From Heterodontus francisci (Eukaryota): a DNA stretch of 64,000 nucleotides. Location of the stretch: contig NC_090418.1 of the NCBI RefSeq assembly GCF_036365525.1, positions 5,433,492-5,497,491 of the forward strand. The letters run 5' to 3'. Of the stretch, positions 1 through 14,690 are shown piece after piece; position 1 is the first letter of the stretch; each line of letters starts with the position of its first letter. Both the position numbers and the translations under genes were made by a program. The notes beneath the pieces are model-generated. The model was not told where the DNA came from. It ran no database searches and saw nothing but the letters and a program-made list of their open reading frames with translations.

Positions 1-3000
1 CACACACCCAGGGACCACCCTGTAAATACTGACACACTCCCCGGGGTACCCCCTGTAAATACTGACACACTCCCCGGGGTACCCCCTGTAAATACTGACA
101 CACTCCCCGGGGTACCCCCTGTAAATACTGACACACTCCCAGGGACCACCCTGTAATTACTGACACACTCCCCGGGGTACCCCCTGTAAATAATGACACA
201 CTCCCCGGGGTACCCCCTGTAAATACTGACACACTCCCCGGGGTACCCCCTGTAAATACTGACACACTCCCCGGGGTACCCCCTGTAAATACTGACACAC
301 TCCCCGGGGTACCCCCTGTAAATACTGACACACACCCCGGGGTACCCCCTGTAAATAATGACACACTCCCCGGGGTACCCCCTGTAAATACTGACACACT
401 CCCCGGGGTACCCCCTGTAAATACTGACACACTCCCCGGGAACCCCCTGTAAATACTGACACACACCCAGGGACCACCCTGTAAATACTGACACACTCCC
501 CGGGAACCCCCTGTAAATACTGACACACTCCCCGGGAACCCCCTGTAAATACTGACACACTCCCCGGGAACCCCCTGTAAATACTGACACACTCCCCGGG
601 AACCCCCTGTAAATACTGACACACTCCCCGGGAACCCCCTGTAAATACTGACACACACACCCAGGGACCACCCTGTAATTACTGACACACTCCCCGGGGA
701 CCCCCTGTAAATACTGACACACTTCCGAGGACCCCCTGTAAATACTGACACACTCCCAGGGACCACCCTGTAATTACTGACACACTCCCCGGGGTACCCC
801 CTGTAAATACTGACACACTCCCGAGGACCCCCTGTAATTACTGACACACTCCCCGGGGACCCCCTGTAAATACTGACACACTCCCGAGGACCCCCTGTAA
901 TTACTGACACACTCCCCGGGGTACCCCTTGTAAATAATGACACACTCCCAGGGACCACCCTGTAAATTCTGGCACACACCCAGGGACCACCCTGTAATTA
1001 CTGACACACTCCCCGGGGTACCCCCTGTAAATACTGACACACTCCCGAGGACCCCCTGTAATTACTGACACACTCCCCGGGGAACCCCCTGTAAATACTG
1101 ACACACACCTGGGTACCCCCTGTAAATACTGACACACTCCCGAGGACCCCCTGTAATTACTGACACACTCCCCGGGGTACCCCCTGTAAATACTGACACA
1201 CTCCCGAGGACCCCCTGTAATTACTGACACACTCCCCGGGGTACCCCCCTGTAAATACTGACACACACCCAGGGACCACCCTGTAAATACTGACACACTC
1301 CCCGGGGTACCCCCTGTAAATACTGACACACTCCCCGGGGTACCCCCTGTAAATACTGACACACTCCCCGGGGTACCCCCTGTAAATACTGACACACTCC
1401 CAGGGACCACCCTGTAATTACTGACACACTCCCCGGGGTACCCCCTGTAAATAATGACACACTCCCCGGGGTACCCCCTGTAAATACTGACACACTCCCC
1501 GGGGTACCCCCTGTAAATACTGACACACTCCCCGGGGTACCCCCTGTAAATACTGACACACTCCCGAGGACCCCCTGTAATTACTGACACACTCCCCGGG
1601 GTACCCCCTGTAAATACTGACACACTCCCCGGGGAACCCCCTGTAAATACTGACACACTCCCCGGGGTACCCCCTGTAAATACTGACACACTCCCCGGGG
1701 TACCCCCTGTAAATAATGACACATTCCCCGGGGTACCCCCTGTAAATACTGACACACTCCCCGGGAACCCCCTGTAAATACTGACACACACCCAGGGACC
1801 ACCCTGTAATTACTGACACACTCCCCGGGGACCCCCTGTAAATACTGACACACTTCCGAGGACCCCCTGTAAATACTGACACACTCCCAGGGACCACCCT
1901 GTAATTACTGACACACTCCCCGGGGACCCCCTGTAAATACTGACACACTCCCGAGGACCCCCTGTAATTACTGACACACTCCCCGGGGTACCCCCTGTAA
2001 ATACTGACACACTCCCGAGGACCCCCTGTAATTACTGACACACTCCCCGGGACCACCCTGTAAATACTGACACACTCCCCGGGGTACCCCCTGTAAATAC
2101 TGACACACACCCAGGGACCACCCTGTAAATACTGACACACTCCCCGGGGTACCCCCTGTAAATACTGACACACTCCCCGGGGTACCCCCTGTAAATACTG
2201 ACACACTCCCCGGGGTACCCCCTGTAAATACTGACACACTCCCAGGGACCACCCTGTAATTACTGACACACTCCCCGGGGTACCCCCTGTAAATAATGAC
2301 ACACTCCCCGGGGTACCCCCTGTAAATACTGACACACTCCCCGGGGTACCCCCTGTAAATACTGACACACTCCCCGGGGTACCCCCTGTAAATACTGACA
2401 CACTCCCCGGGGTACCCCCTGTAAATACTGACACACTCCCCGGGGTACCCCCTGTAAATAATGACACACTCCCCGGGGTACCCCCTGTAAATACTGACAC
2501 ACTCCCCGGGGTACCCCCTGTAAATACTGACACACTCCCCGGGAACCCCCTGTAAATACTGACACACACCCAGGGACCACCCTGTAAATACTGACACACT
2601 CCCCGGGAACCCCCTGTAAATACTGACACACTCCCCGGGAACCCCCTGTAAATACTGACACACTCCCCGGGAACCCCCTGTAAATACTGACACACTCCCC
2701 GGGAACCCCCTGTAAATACTGACACACTCCCCGGGAACCCCCTGTAAATACTGACACACACACCCAGGGACCACCCTGTAATTACTGACACACTCCCCGG
2801 GGACCCCCTGTAAATACTGACACACTTCCGAGGACCCCCTGTAAATACTGACACACTCCCAGGGACCACCCTGTAATTACTGACACACTCCCCGGGGTAC
2901 CCCCTGTAAATACTGACACACTCCCGAGGACCCCCTGTAATTACTGACACACTCCCCGGGGACCCCCTGTAAATACTGACACACTCCCGAGGACCCCCTG

Positions 3001-5480
3001 TAATTACTGACACACTCCCCGGGGTACCCCTTGTAAATAATGACACACTCCCAGGGACCACCCTGTAAATTCTGGCACACACCCAGGGACCACCCTGTAA
3101 TTACTGACACACTCCCCGGGGTACCCCCTGTAAATACTGACACACTCCCGAGGACCCCCTGTAATTACTGACACACTCCCCGGGGAACCCCCTGTAAATA
3201 CTGACACACACCTGGGTACCCCCTGTAAATACTGACACACTCCCGAGGACCCCCTGTAATTACGGACACACTCCCCGGGGTACCCCCTGTAAATACTGAC
3301 ACACTCCCGAGGACCCCCTGTAATTACTGACACACTCCCCGGGGTACCCCCCTGTAAATACTGACACACACCCAGGGACCACCCTGTAAATACTGACACA
3401 CTCCCCGGGGTACCCCCTGTAAATACTGACACACTCCCCGGGGTACCCCCTGTAAATACTGACACACTCCCCGGGGTACCCCCTGTAAATACTGACACAC
3501 TCCCAGGGACCACCCTGTAATTACTGACACACTCCCCGGGGTACCCCCTGTAAATAATGACACACTCCCCGGGGTACCCCCTGTAAATACTGACACACTC
3601 CCCGGGGTACCCCCTGTAAATACTGACACACTCCCCGGGGTACCCCCTGTAAATACTGACTCACTCCCCGGGGTACCCCCTGTAAATACTGACACACTCC
3701 CGAGGACCCCCTGTAATTACTGACACACTCCCCGGGGTACCCCCTGTAAATACTGACACACTCCCCGGGGAACCCCCTGTAAATACTGACACACTCCCCG
3801 GGGTACCCCCTGTAAATACTGACACACTCCCCGGGGTACCCCCTGTAAATAATGACACACTCCCCGGGGTACCCCCTGTAAATACTGACACACTCCCCGG
3901 GAACCCCCTGTAAATACTGACACACACCCAGGGACCACCCTGTAATTACTGACACACTCCCCGGGGACCCCCTGTAAATACTGACACACTTCCGAGGACC
4001 CCCTGTAAATACTGACACACTCCCAGGGACCACCCTGTAATTACTGACACACTCCCCGGGGACCCCCTGTAAATACTGACACACTCCCGAGGACCCCCTG
4101 TAATTACTGACACACTCCCCGGGGTACCCCCTGTAAATACTGACACACTCCCGAGGACCCCCTGTAATTACTGACACACTCCCCGGGACCACCCTGTAAA
4201 TACTGACACACTCCCCGGGGTACCCCCTGTAAATACTGACACACACCCAGGGACCACCCTGTAAATACTGACACACTCCCCGGGGTACCCCCTGTAAATA
4301 CTGACACACTCCCCGGGGTACCCCCTGTAAATACTGACACACTCCCCGGGGTACCCCCTGTAAATACTGACACACTCCCAGGGACCACCCTGTAATTACT
4401 GACACACTCCCCGGGGTACCCCCTGTAAATAATGACACACTCCCCGGGGTACCCCCTGTAAATACTGACACACTCCCCGGGGTACCCCCTGTAAATACTG
4501 ACACACTCCCCGGGGTACCCCCTGTAAATACTGACACACTCCCCGGGGTACCCCCTGTAAATAATGACACACTCCCCGGGGTACCCCCTGTAAATACTGA
4601 CACACTCCCCGGGGTACCCCCTGTAAATACTGACACACTCCCCGGGAACCCCCTGTAAATACTGACACACACCCAGGGACCACCCTGTAAATACTGACAC
4701 ACTCCCCGGGAACCCCCTGTAAATACTGACACACTCCCCGGGAACCCCCTGTAAATACTGACACACTCCCCGGGAACCCCCTGTAAATACTGACACACTC
4801 CCCGGGAACCCCCTGTAAATACTGACACACACACCCAGGGACCACCCTGTAATTACTGACACACTCCCCGGGGACCCCCTGTAAATACTGACACACTTCC
4901 GAGGACCCCCTGTAAATACTGACACACTCCCAGGGACCACCCTGTAATTACTGACACACTCCCCGGGGTACCCCCTGTAAATACTGACACACTCCCGAGG
5001 ACCCCCTGTAATTACTGACACACTCCCCGGGGACCCCCTGTAAATACTGACACACTCCCGAGGACCCCCTGTAATTACTGACACACTCCCCGGGGTACCC
5101 CTTGTAAATAATGACACACTCCCAGGGACCACCCTGTAAATTCTGGCACACACCCAGGGACCACCCTGTAATTACTGACACACTCCCCGGGGTACCCCCT
5201 GTAAATACTGACACACTCCCGAGGACCCCCTGTAATTACTGACACACTCCCCGGGGTACCCCCTGTAAATACTGACACACTCCCCGGGGAACCCCCTGTA
5301 AATACTGACACACACCTGGGGACCCCCTGTAAATACTGACATACTCACCGGACCCCCCTGTAAATACTGATGCACTCCCCGGGGACCCCCTGGTAAATGA
5401 TGACACGGTCCTTGGGACCCCCTTGCAAATAATGACCACTCCAGGGATGCCATGTAAATACTGACGCACACCCCGAGGAC
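1..5480. repeat. Minisatellite array, ~32-33 bp unit (ctgtaaatactgacacactccccggggtacccc), with ~2.1-kb higher-order repeat; truncated by window start
   Basis: Unit read directly. The diagnostic variant ttgtaaataatgac...gtaaattctggcacac recurs at ~928, ~3031 and ~5102 (periods 2103 and 2071 bp). Units degenerate over 5330-5480. Confidence 0.97.
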
Positions 5481-5862
5481 CTACAGTGCTGAGAATGTGG
5501 AACTCGCTACCACAGTGAGTGCTTGAGGTGAATACCATAGATGCATTTAAGAGCAAGCTGGATAAACATCTGAGGGAGAAAGGAATAGAAGGATATGTCG
5601 ATGGGGTGAAATGAAGTGGAGGGGGAGGAGGCTCGTGTGTGCATAAACACCGGCATGGAAGAGATGGGGCAAATGGCCTGTTTTGGTGTTGGAAATTCGA
5701 TGTAACTCTATAAATGTTTTGCTTCTAATGTTGCCAGCTCCTTTTACCTTCACCCACCTCCCCTGACTGACTTAATCCCGCTTGTCCTCTAATACAGTTC
5801 ATGCTTGCTGTGTTGCCAGTCGATTTTCACACAGTATCTTTCACAGCGATCGTGATTAAACA

Positions 5863-6147
5863 TAAAACCCGATCCGGGCCCTCCCCTACAACAGCCGACC
5901 CGGTCCCGACTCCTTTAATTTTTTAAAATGCCCGACCCAACCCGAAAATAACAAACATATTAATGAAACGGAAAAGAAATCGTCGATTAAAACGAAAACA
6001 ATAAGAAACAAAACAGTACAGTTCAGCCCGACCCGACCCGACCCGAGCCCGAATGCTGGACGCAGAATACAGACCCGACCCGACTCGACTCGAACCTGAC
6101 ACACGTAGTCGGGTTTGGTCCGTATTGGTCTGGGTAGCCAGGCTTTA
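5863..6147. mobile_element. Possible non-autonomous DNA transposon (MITE) with ACCCG-type subterminal repeats
   Basis: Clusters of cccgacccga, an inverted tcgggt/gggt cluster near the right end, and imperfect ends taaaacc...ggcttta. No clear TSD seen. Confidence 0.3.
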
Positions 6148-6600
6148 CTCCAGACAATAACCTTTCTCATTGTATCATATTGCTGTGCAGTGGGCTGTCG
6201 CTATCTGCTGGTAGAGAAAGGAACTGCGTGATTTGCTGGGTGTTACGAAGTCGACCACATTGCTGTGGGTCTTGATTCACATGCAGGCCAGACACGGTAA
6301 GGGTGGCAGATTTCCAGTTAACACCAATGGAAAGGGAATTTGTGGCCGCTAGTGGTCAGAAGGGGCATTTGTACGAGAGTATTCTTCGACCTGTCGGAAT
6401 AATATTGTGGTTCAGTGGGATGCTCTGTCTCGTGAAGGTTGTGGATTCAACTCTCCAATGCAGAGACTTGACCCTATAATCCAGACTGAAACTCCTGGTG
6501 CAATACCGATGGAATCCAGATGATAGTACATGTGGCTAAAGTGGTGTCACTGCATTAACACCTGAGGCTACTGGATAACACTGTTCTGGGCTGACACTCC

Positions 6601-6897
6601 AGTGCAGTATTGAGGGAACACTGCACTGTCAGAGGGTCAGTACTGAGGGAGCACTGCACAATCAGAGGGTCAGTACTGAGGGAGCGCTGCACTGTTGGAG
6701 GGTCAGTACTGGGGGAGCACCGCACTGTCGGAGGGTCAGTACTGAGGGAGTGCCGCACTTTTGGAGGGTCAGTACTGAGGAAGCGCTGCGCTGTCGGAGG
6801 GTCAGTACTGAGGGAGTGCCGCACCGTCGGAGGGGCAGTACTGAGAGAGCACCACAGTCAGAGGGACAGTACTGGGGAGCACTACACCTTCGGAGGG
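6601..6897 (+). repeat. 33-bp tandem array (~9 units) amplified from the internal segment of a Deu-type SINE
   Basis: Unit cagtactgagggagcgctgcactgtcggagggt, flanked by SINE sequence (ggctgacactcc upstream; tatttgaagaag downstream). Confidence 0.85.
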
Positions 6898-7039
6898 ACA
6901 TGTGGCAGTATTTGAAGAAGGGAAAGGATTATTCTGATCAGGATATCTCCCTCATCCAACTCCAGCTGGTTCTTCAATCATTAATCTGCTGTCCGTAGGA
7001 CCTTACTGTTGGTAAATGTTGCTACATTTACCTACATGA

Positions 7040-7480
7040 AAAGAATTGCATTTATATAGCACCTTTCACAACCTCGGGGTGTGCCAAAGTGCTTCACAGC
7101 CTGTGAAACACTTTTTTGTTGGAGTGCAGTCACTGTTTGAATATTGTAAACGTAGCAGCCAATTTGCACACAGCAAGATCCCACAAACAGCAATGTGGTA
7201 ATGACCAGATCATCATGTTTTTAACCATGTTGGATGAGGGATAAATATTGAACAAGGACATCTTCAAAATCAGAACCATGGGATCTTTTACACCCACCTG
7301 AGGGGGCCTCAGTTTCATATCTGATCTTAAAGATGGCACCCCTTGACAGTGCAGCACTCCCTCAGTACTGCACTGGGAGCGTCAGCCTGAATTATGAGCT
7401 AAAGTCTTTGGAATGGGATTTGAACTAATGACCCTTCTAACCTAGAGGCAAGAGAGAGCTAACCACTGAGCCACAGCTCA
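7040..7480 (-). mobile_element. tRNA-derived Deu-domain SINE (SacSINE1/AmnSINE1-like); representative of >12 copies, e.g. ~10780-11210, 13990-14290, 17770-18070, 19510-19860, 28150-28410, 40390-40710, 47960-48410, 61075-61500
   Basis: Recurrent conserved blocks: B-box-like gggttcaagtccc, cagtactgagggagtgctgcac, gtggatgtaaaagatcccatgg..gaagaagagcagggg, and tail ttggctgtaaagcgctttgggat..ctatataaatgcaag. Family name from recall. Confidence 0.75.
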
Positions 7481-8911
7481 ATAACAGAAAGTACAACTCA
7501 ATGTGATTCATTGTTTGCAAAGTGCTTCAGAGCATCCAGAGAGATGTGATAAGGCATTATATAAATTCTTCCTGTGGACCCAACTGGCACACATTCAAGA
7601 GGAAGTCCAGTTAATCACTTCTCCACAGGAGTTTCCTATTGTTTGAGCTCCGGTACCACGGTGACTGATTTGGCTACTCAGACAGGCCTGGTACGAGGCC
7701 TAGCTTTTCATCCCAAAGCATTTCCTTCTAAACGGGCTCTACACACAAAGGGGAGGCTCACAAGGGAGTTCCCTATTTCCTGACCAGCTTTCATGTGATG
7801 CTTTGAACCCAAGCTTCTTGGGAGTGGCCCCACGATATAAAATCGTGTTTTCTTTCAACCAAATCTAAACGAGGCGGGGTAGAGCTAAAGATGGAGCTAT
7901 GTGCCTAGAATAGGAAAATAAACATATTCAAAATCCTTACGGTTGCGTGCAATTTGGACCAACGTGGGCCCATGTTTATGATGCAAAATCCTATGTAAAC
8001 ATGTCACACTGGAATCGCTCTGCTCCCCCAGTCACAGCACTGTGGCGCCACCACTGGTGGGAGGATGTAATCACAGCACCTTGGCTTACACTGGATTTAC
8101 TCACTCAGAGCTACCAGCAGTGTCCAAGCAACTTTTTTCACCATTATTGACCCACTTTGTTTTATTCAGTGTATTTATTTTGACCCCACCCCCACTTCTT
8201 CCCGACCCACCCCACCCCATTCCCTCGGTGCACCAAGATAACGCAGCCAAGGGAGAAGGGGAATGCGCCCTGTAATTGGCACTCCGTTGACTGCACAAGG
8301 GATTCCTGCATGCAAACAGCCCTCTCTCCAATCTCCTGCCATCCCCCAGCACCACCCACCCCCGCCATTGCTGGCAGTGCACGTGGAAGATGTCTGGTTG
8401 AGGACAGGAATTGTTGGTGGCTACGATGCCTCCCATGGTTCAGCTGCCTGTCCACACTCCTTGTCTAACCTCCCACATTACGAGTGGTCATTCTTTTCAA
8501 GGAAGTCTTCAGCGGAGGGGCGGAACGAGTGTGGCAGATACCACAGGAAGTACCATGTAACACTTGCATTAACCTCTCCTGTTCACTCTAGTCGAGGAGG
8601 GTGCCCCGTTAAATCAGGTTTTGATACTCAGATATATTTTAGTTTCATTTATTCCTGGACATCCCTTTAAGTAACTCTGCCTCTGAAGGGAGGAAGAGGC
8701 TTAATTGAACCTTTCAATGAGAACAAGAGAGTGGGATTGATCAGGTCAATGAAGGGTTAAGAAGGTGTGGGTGTTGTTTCAGATCTGTTCTGCATAAGCT
8801 TCACTTCATGGGATACAGCGAGAGAAATACACAGCGTGTGCCGGTGAGTGGAATTCAGCATCTCTTAGGGAGATGTTAACAATTGATAATCATTGCAGAC
8901 AACACATGGGG

Positions 8912-9330
8912 ACAGTGAGGTTATATAGGGGACTATGGGTTATATTAGGGTGGGTTTATCTGGGGGTTCCTTGGGATTTGTCTGCGCGGTTATATCGGGG
9001 TGGGATTATCTGGGGACCATGGGGTTATCTTAGGGTGGAGTTATCTGGGGGACTAGAGGGTTTATTTTGGGGACCATTGGGTTACGTGGGAATCTGCTGG
9101 GTTATATGAGGGTGTGTTTATCTAGGGGGCTATGGGGTTTATCTGGAGGACTGTGGGCTGTATTAGGGTGGGATTATCTAGGGGGCTATGGGGTTTATGC
9201 GGAGGACTGCAGGGTTATATTAGGATGGGGTTATCTAGGGGGCTATGGGGTTTATCTGGAGGACTGCAGGGTTATATTAGGGTGGGGTTTATCTGGGGTA
9301 CTGCGGGGTTATATTAGGGTGGGGTTATGT
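8912..9330. repeat. Degenerate G/T-rich tandem repeat (~56-57 bp unit, gggttatattagggtgggattatctagggggctatggggtttatctggaggactgca)
   Basis: Repeated blocks visible directly. Confidence 0.8.
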
Positions 9331-9663
9331 TCGGGTTTCCACACTGCCTGTGGTGGATTGTACAGAAAACGAGTTGTACCTTCTCGAACAGGAGCTGTGG
9401 CTTTACATGCCTTTGGATGATGTCCATCTGAGCAATGAACTTGCTTTAAATCCGTTTTTCTGCCCCTATTCCTCCCCCCTCTAATGTACCGGGATGTTTT
9501 TAAACCAAACACATGCCTACGTGCAGTTATGTGTTTGTGGAAATTCAAACACAGGGTTCATTTTGGGGTCTGCCTTTTTTGCATATTGAATTGTGTTTAA
9601 CCTGAGTCTTAACCTCACTAGTTGGGAGTAAAACCAGTATTGGAGGAATGCCAGAGGGAGAGG

Positions 9664-9666
9664 AAG

Positions 9667-9701
<35 letters not shown>
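9664..9701. repeat. (GA)n microsatellite
   Basis: Direct reading. Confidence 0.95.
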
Positions 9702-9703
<2 letters not shown>

Positions 9704-12700
9704 ACAGATCGTACCGACTCAACTACTAACTGGCAAAGTGCTTTGTGTTGAGAAGGAACAGGGTAAATTGAAACCGTCTGGCTGCAGGGCTTAACTTGCC
9801 TGTTAGATGTTGTTAATGCTTGCAATGAAGTTGAACATGTATACTTAGGAGATTCTCTCAGTCTGATAGGAGAAGGAAAACACTTTTGTATTTCAGGGAG
9901 AACCTGGTGAGGCGGTCTGAATTCTCCAGACAAGCTGCCTTAATTTTTATATCCTTGTTGTGCTTTTTTGTTTGTAAAAACTCTTGGCGAGGGGGGATTG
10001 CAGGGTGGGTCTCTCTTGGCTATCTGAAGGCGTAGCTAGAACATGGGAGGTTGGAGAGCTGGCTACGGCAGAATCTGGTAGCGATTCTAGATCCAACCTG
10101 CACAAGCCAGCAGCCAGTGAAGCAATGTCGTTCCGTAAATAGCACCAAAGTCCGAAAGAGCTGAGAGAGCAGGGAACTGACGGGGGAGGGTTCAGTGCAT
10201 TTAAAGAATCTTTTTCCTTTTTTATCGATGAGCCATTGGCCAAAAACCCTCAATGATTTGTTTTTCTAATTCATGCTCATGATGTGGGCGTTGCTTTAAG
10301 GGCAGGCGTTTATTCCCCATCCCTGAAGTTGCCTCAAAGGAGTGGGTTGCCAGGCCATCTCAGAGGGCAGTTGAGAGTCATAGGAACAGGGGGCTCCTCA
10401 AGCCTGTTCTGCCACTCAATGAGATCATGCCCGATCTGTATCTTAACTCCATCTACTCTTGGTTCCATAACCTTTACTACCCTCGACCAATAAAAATATG
10501 TCTTGGGTTTGAAATTTTCAATTGAGCCCCATGCAACCAGCTTTTTCCTGGGGAGAGAGAGTCAGCCATGTTGGTGCAGGCCCAGCCTGGGTAAGGACGG
10601 CAGGTTTCCTGCCCTAGAGGGCCACTAGTGAACCAGTTGGGTTCTGTAACGACAAATCCAACAGTTTCACGGTCACTTTTCCTGAGACCCAGCTTTTTAT
10701 TTCCAGATTTTTTTAAAACTGAGCTGAAATTCTCAAATGCCCCCATGGTGGGATTTGAACCCGATCAGGCCAGGCATCAGAAGTGCTTTACAGCCAACGA
10801 AGTACTTTTTGAAGTGTCGTCACTTGTTGTAATGTCGGAAACACAGCTGCCAATTTGAGCACAGCAAGATCCCACCATCAGCAATGTGATAATGACCCAG
10901 ATAATCTATTTTTTGGTGATATTGGTTGAGGGATAAATATTGGCCCCAGGACACCGGGGAGAACTCCCAAGCGGTGCCATGGGATCTTTCACATTCACCC
11001 GAGAGGGCAGACGGGGCCACGGTTTAATACCTCATCTGAAAGATGGTGTCTGCTGCCAGTGCAGTACTCAGTACTGCCCTTCCGATAGTGTAACACACCC
11101 TCAGTACTACACTGGGAGCGTCAGCCTGCATTTTGTGCTCAAGTCACCGGAGTGGGACTTGAACCCATAACCCTTCTCACATGCGGCGACAGAAAGTGCT
11201 CCCCACTTTCAGCTAACACTACACACTGTGGTTAAGAGCGGTGAGGTGAGTTTTGCGAAGTTGCGTCGCACCTAATTTGACATCCTGAAAAGTTCTGCTC
11301 TGGGACCTCGATAACAGAATCCCACGCTCGGGTTTAGAAGGTGAAGCTAAAGCCAGGTTTCAATCATGTGATAACTTATCATTTGAGATGAGATTAGTCG
11401 GGGTTAGTGGCCTTGCTTTATAACTGCAGACCGTAGGACGAGGCTGGTTTTAAGGGTGAGTTCACAGGGACAACTAACGATTGGTGCAACAACAGGTTCC
11501 CTCTGCACCAACGTCCCAGCTGCGTGGTAACTGTAGCTTAAAGCCAGAGTCGAGGTGCGGTTTGAACGAGATTCTGTGGAAGAGGCGGGTTGTATCTTAA
11601 CTATGAATATGCACTGTGCCAGTTACAGCATCAAGGCTACCAGAGGAATCTGGGTGTCATTTACTCCGTGCCTCTTCAAACAGTTCTTGAAAAATGGCCA
11701 GCATGGGTTGGAGAAAGGAGCAGGAAAGCTGGGGGCATGGTAACACAGAGGCCTGCACACGTGATGCAGTGATGTGAGTTCAAATCCCACCACAGCAACT
11801 GGGGGAACTTTTTAATTCAGTTAGCTAAATGAATCTGGAATTTAGCAATTGGTGCTGGACCAATTGTTAATTTTGAAACTGAGATTGACAGATTTTTGTT
11901 GCCCAAAGGGATATGGAGCAATGGCGGGGGTCTGGAGCTAGGTAGCAGTTCAATCACGATCTCACGGAATGGCAGGAACAGGCTCGAGGGGCTGAATGGC
12001 CTCTCCTTGTTCCTACATTGTCCCTTTTACACCATGGATCTAACTCCATGGAAACTGTGTGTTAACACCAGAATCGCCACCATCGTATTCTAGCTGGGAA
12101 TATAACGATGGGATCAAAATGTTGGAATGGTGGAGGGGGAGAAAGTTTCCTTTCAATGCTCTTGTGGCCTCTTTGTTTCTCTCACGTTTATTTCCCCCCA
12201 CCCTGTGTAGCCTCAGCTGCTGAGATTACTGCAATCTCTCCATCACTAAGGGTAGATTTGAACGCAGTTGCTTCGCAACCGATGCACCGAGACGGGCCTG
12301 GGACCCAGGTGAGGTAATGTTCAGGTTTGTTAATCAAAAACATTATACCAGGTGGGATGTAGTGGTGTTTTTTTTTAAAACATACGCTGATCCTTCACTT
12401 ATTTTTAAATAAAAGCTTTTAACTGCTGGCGGAACGTAAGAAATAGGTGCAGGAGTAGACCATTCAGCCCCTCGAGCCTGCTCCGCCATTCAATAAGATC
12501 ATGGATGAGCTTCGACCTCCTTCCTGCACTATTCCCATATTCCTTAATTCCCCTAGTATCCAAAATCTATCAATCTCAGTCTTGAACATACTCAATGACT
12601 GAGCATCCACAGCTCTCTGGGGTAGAGAATTCCCAACTCTCTGAGTGAAGAAATTTCTCCTCATCTCAGTCCTGAACGGCTAACCCCTTATCCTGAGACT

Positions 12701-14359
12701 GTGACCCCCTAGTCCTAGACTCTCCAGTCTGTGGTCTGAGTCTACGTGTGACTGTGCGGTTGACTTAATGCCCATTAGAGTTCCGTTAACAACGCAGTGC
12801 CTTGCTAGGCCACTGCAGACAGCACTAAGGAGGCAATAAGCAAGGTCATGCCAACATCACCCACACCCCAGCAAGAAGTACTTAAAAGACACCCTCCCCA
12901 ATAAACTCCTAGCTGTGGCTCAGTCAGTAGCATTCCTATCTTCCTGCTCAGATAATTATGGGTTCAAGTCCTGTTCCAAATACGCAAGCACAAAAAACCC
13001 AAACTACCACTCCTAGTGCAGAACTGTGCTGTCCCTCAGATGTGACGTTAAACTGAGACCCCAATCTGTATAAAAGATCCCACAACCACTGTCTTGAAGA
13101 AGAGCAGGGAAGCTTGTCCTATGGCCCCAGAATTGGAACCTGGTCCACTTCACTCTTTCTCTCCCCGGAGAGCGCCCCATCATCCTTTCAGAACTTAAAG
13201 AGAGAAGGGACTTGCATTTCTATAGCGCCTTTCACAACCACAAGGACATCTCAGGGCGCTTTACAGCCAATGAAGTACTTTTTTGAAGTGTAGTCACTGT
13301 TGCACTGTAGGAAAGGCGGCGGCCAATTTGTGCACAGCAAGATCCCACATGGAAGGATTTATATTCCGAACACATCACTTCCCTGTGAAATCCTTATTAT
13401 TGACCAATTGGTCAATTTACGTGCAGATAAGGGAGTGTCTCTAAAGTGTAGACTGAAAACTGATCTGAAACACACTTGGAGAACAACAACAACTTGCATT
13501 TATATAGCACCCTTATCATAGTGGAACGACCCAAGGCGACTGACATCGAGCCACGGAAGGAGATACTATGACAGGTACTTGGTCAAAGAGGTCAGTTTTG
13601 AGCAGCATTTTCAAGGAGGCGGGGGGGAGAGAGAGCGAGAGAGACGGAGAGGTTTAGGGAGGGAATTCCAGAGCTTCGGGCCCAGGCAGCTGAAGGCACG
13701 GCCGCCAATGGTGGAGCGATGAAAATCAGGAATGTGGAAGGGCCAGAACTGGAGGACAGCCGAAATCTCGGAGTGTTGTAGGGCTTGGAGGAGGTTACAG
13801 AAATGGGGAGAGGGTGAGGCCTTGGAGGGATTTATAAATAAGAATGAGAATTTTAAAATTGAGATGTCAGGGAGCATAGAAATGCTCACATTGCAACATC
13901 ACATTTCAAGTGCAGAATTGCTACAGTACCATGCACAGTCAAAGTTTAATTTAATAAATAAATAGAAGGCATTTATTGGTGCCAATTATGCCTCAGGCAC
14001 TCTGATCTCTGAGTCAGGCGGTCGTGGGCTCAAGTCCCACTCCAGGCTGACACCCCCAGTGCAGTACTGAGGGAGTGCTACAATGTCGGAGGTCCTGATT
14101 GCAACTTTAAACTGAAGTTCCCTCTGCCCTCTCAGGGGGATATACAAGATCCCACGGCCACTATTTCGAAGAAGAGCAGGGAGGAGTTCGCCCTGGGCCA
14201 ATATTTATCTCTCACCACTGAAACAGGTTTATCTGGTCACTATTAGATTTTCTGTTTGTGGGAGCTTGCTGCACACAAATTGGCTGCTGCGTTTGGCAGC
14301 TTCTGTCTCTAAATAGGAAATTAGTTCTGTATCGATAAACAAGAGGAAAGGGAATTAAG

Positions 14360-14690
14360 AGCGCGTGCACACAATGACATCAGAGAAGGGTGTGATATCG
14401 CTTCATGTAAAAGCCACTGGGTACTGTGGTTGCTATAGCGGTGACTCCAAGGACGGTCTTCATTTGTTTTGGCTTTTCCATTGGTAGTGTGGGTTGCTAG
14501 GGAAAGATTTAATTCCCTGCGCAGGGGTGAGGGAAAAGTGCGTTAATTATTTAGAATTTAATTAGTGGGTGAGCTGCTGTGACTGTAGTGGGATTAAAAA
14601 GAACTCCATTGGAAACAGGGCTCAAGTGTTACTGAGTTCAACAACATAATCCGCAGTCTAAAAGTCTACTGTATGCGTTTGTTAGGTATG
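14360..14690 (+). promoter_or_regulatory. Putative promoter / 5' non-coding exon of the PTB-domain gene, with RFX X-box-like motifs
   Basis: Repeat-free island. GTTGCTATAGCGGT at 14429 and GTTGCTAGGGAAAG at 14493; donor-like ttag|gtatgt at ~14685. The downstream coding exon has an acceptor at 15635 upstream of its ATG, so a 5' exon is needed. Confidence 0.4.

Noticed and set aside
1-5480. Long minus-strand ORFs (up to 554 aa) and a CRISPR-like 32-33-bp periodicity
   Set aside because: The ORFs are translations of a stop-poor tandem repeat in all frames. There are no unique spacers or cas genes, and the context is eukaryotic.
8263-8670. 135-aa + strand ORF in unique sequence
   Set aside because: No recognisable motif and no convincing splice or Kozak context.
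8912-9330. TTAGGG hexamers suggesting an interstitial telomere
   Set aside because: They occur singly inside a longer repeat unit, not as tandem TTAGGG.
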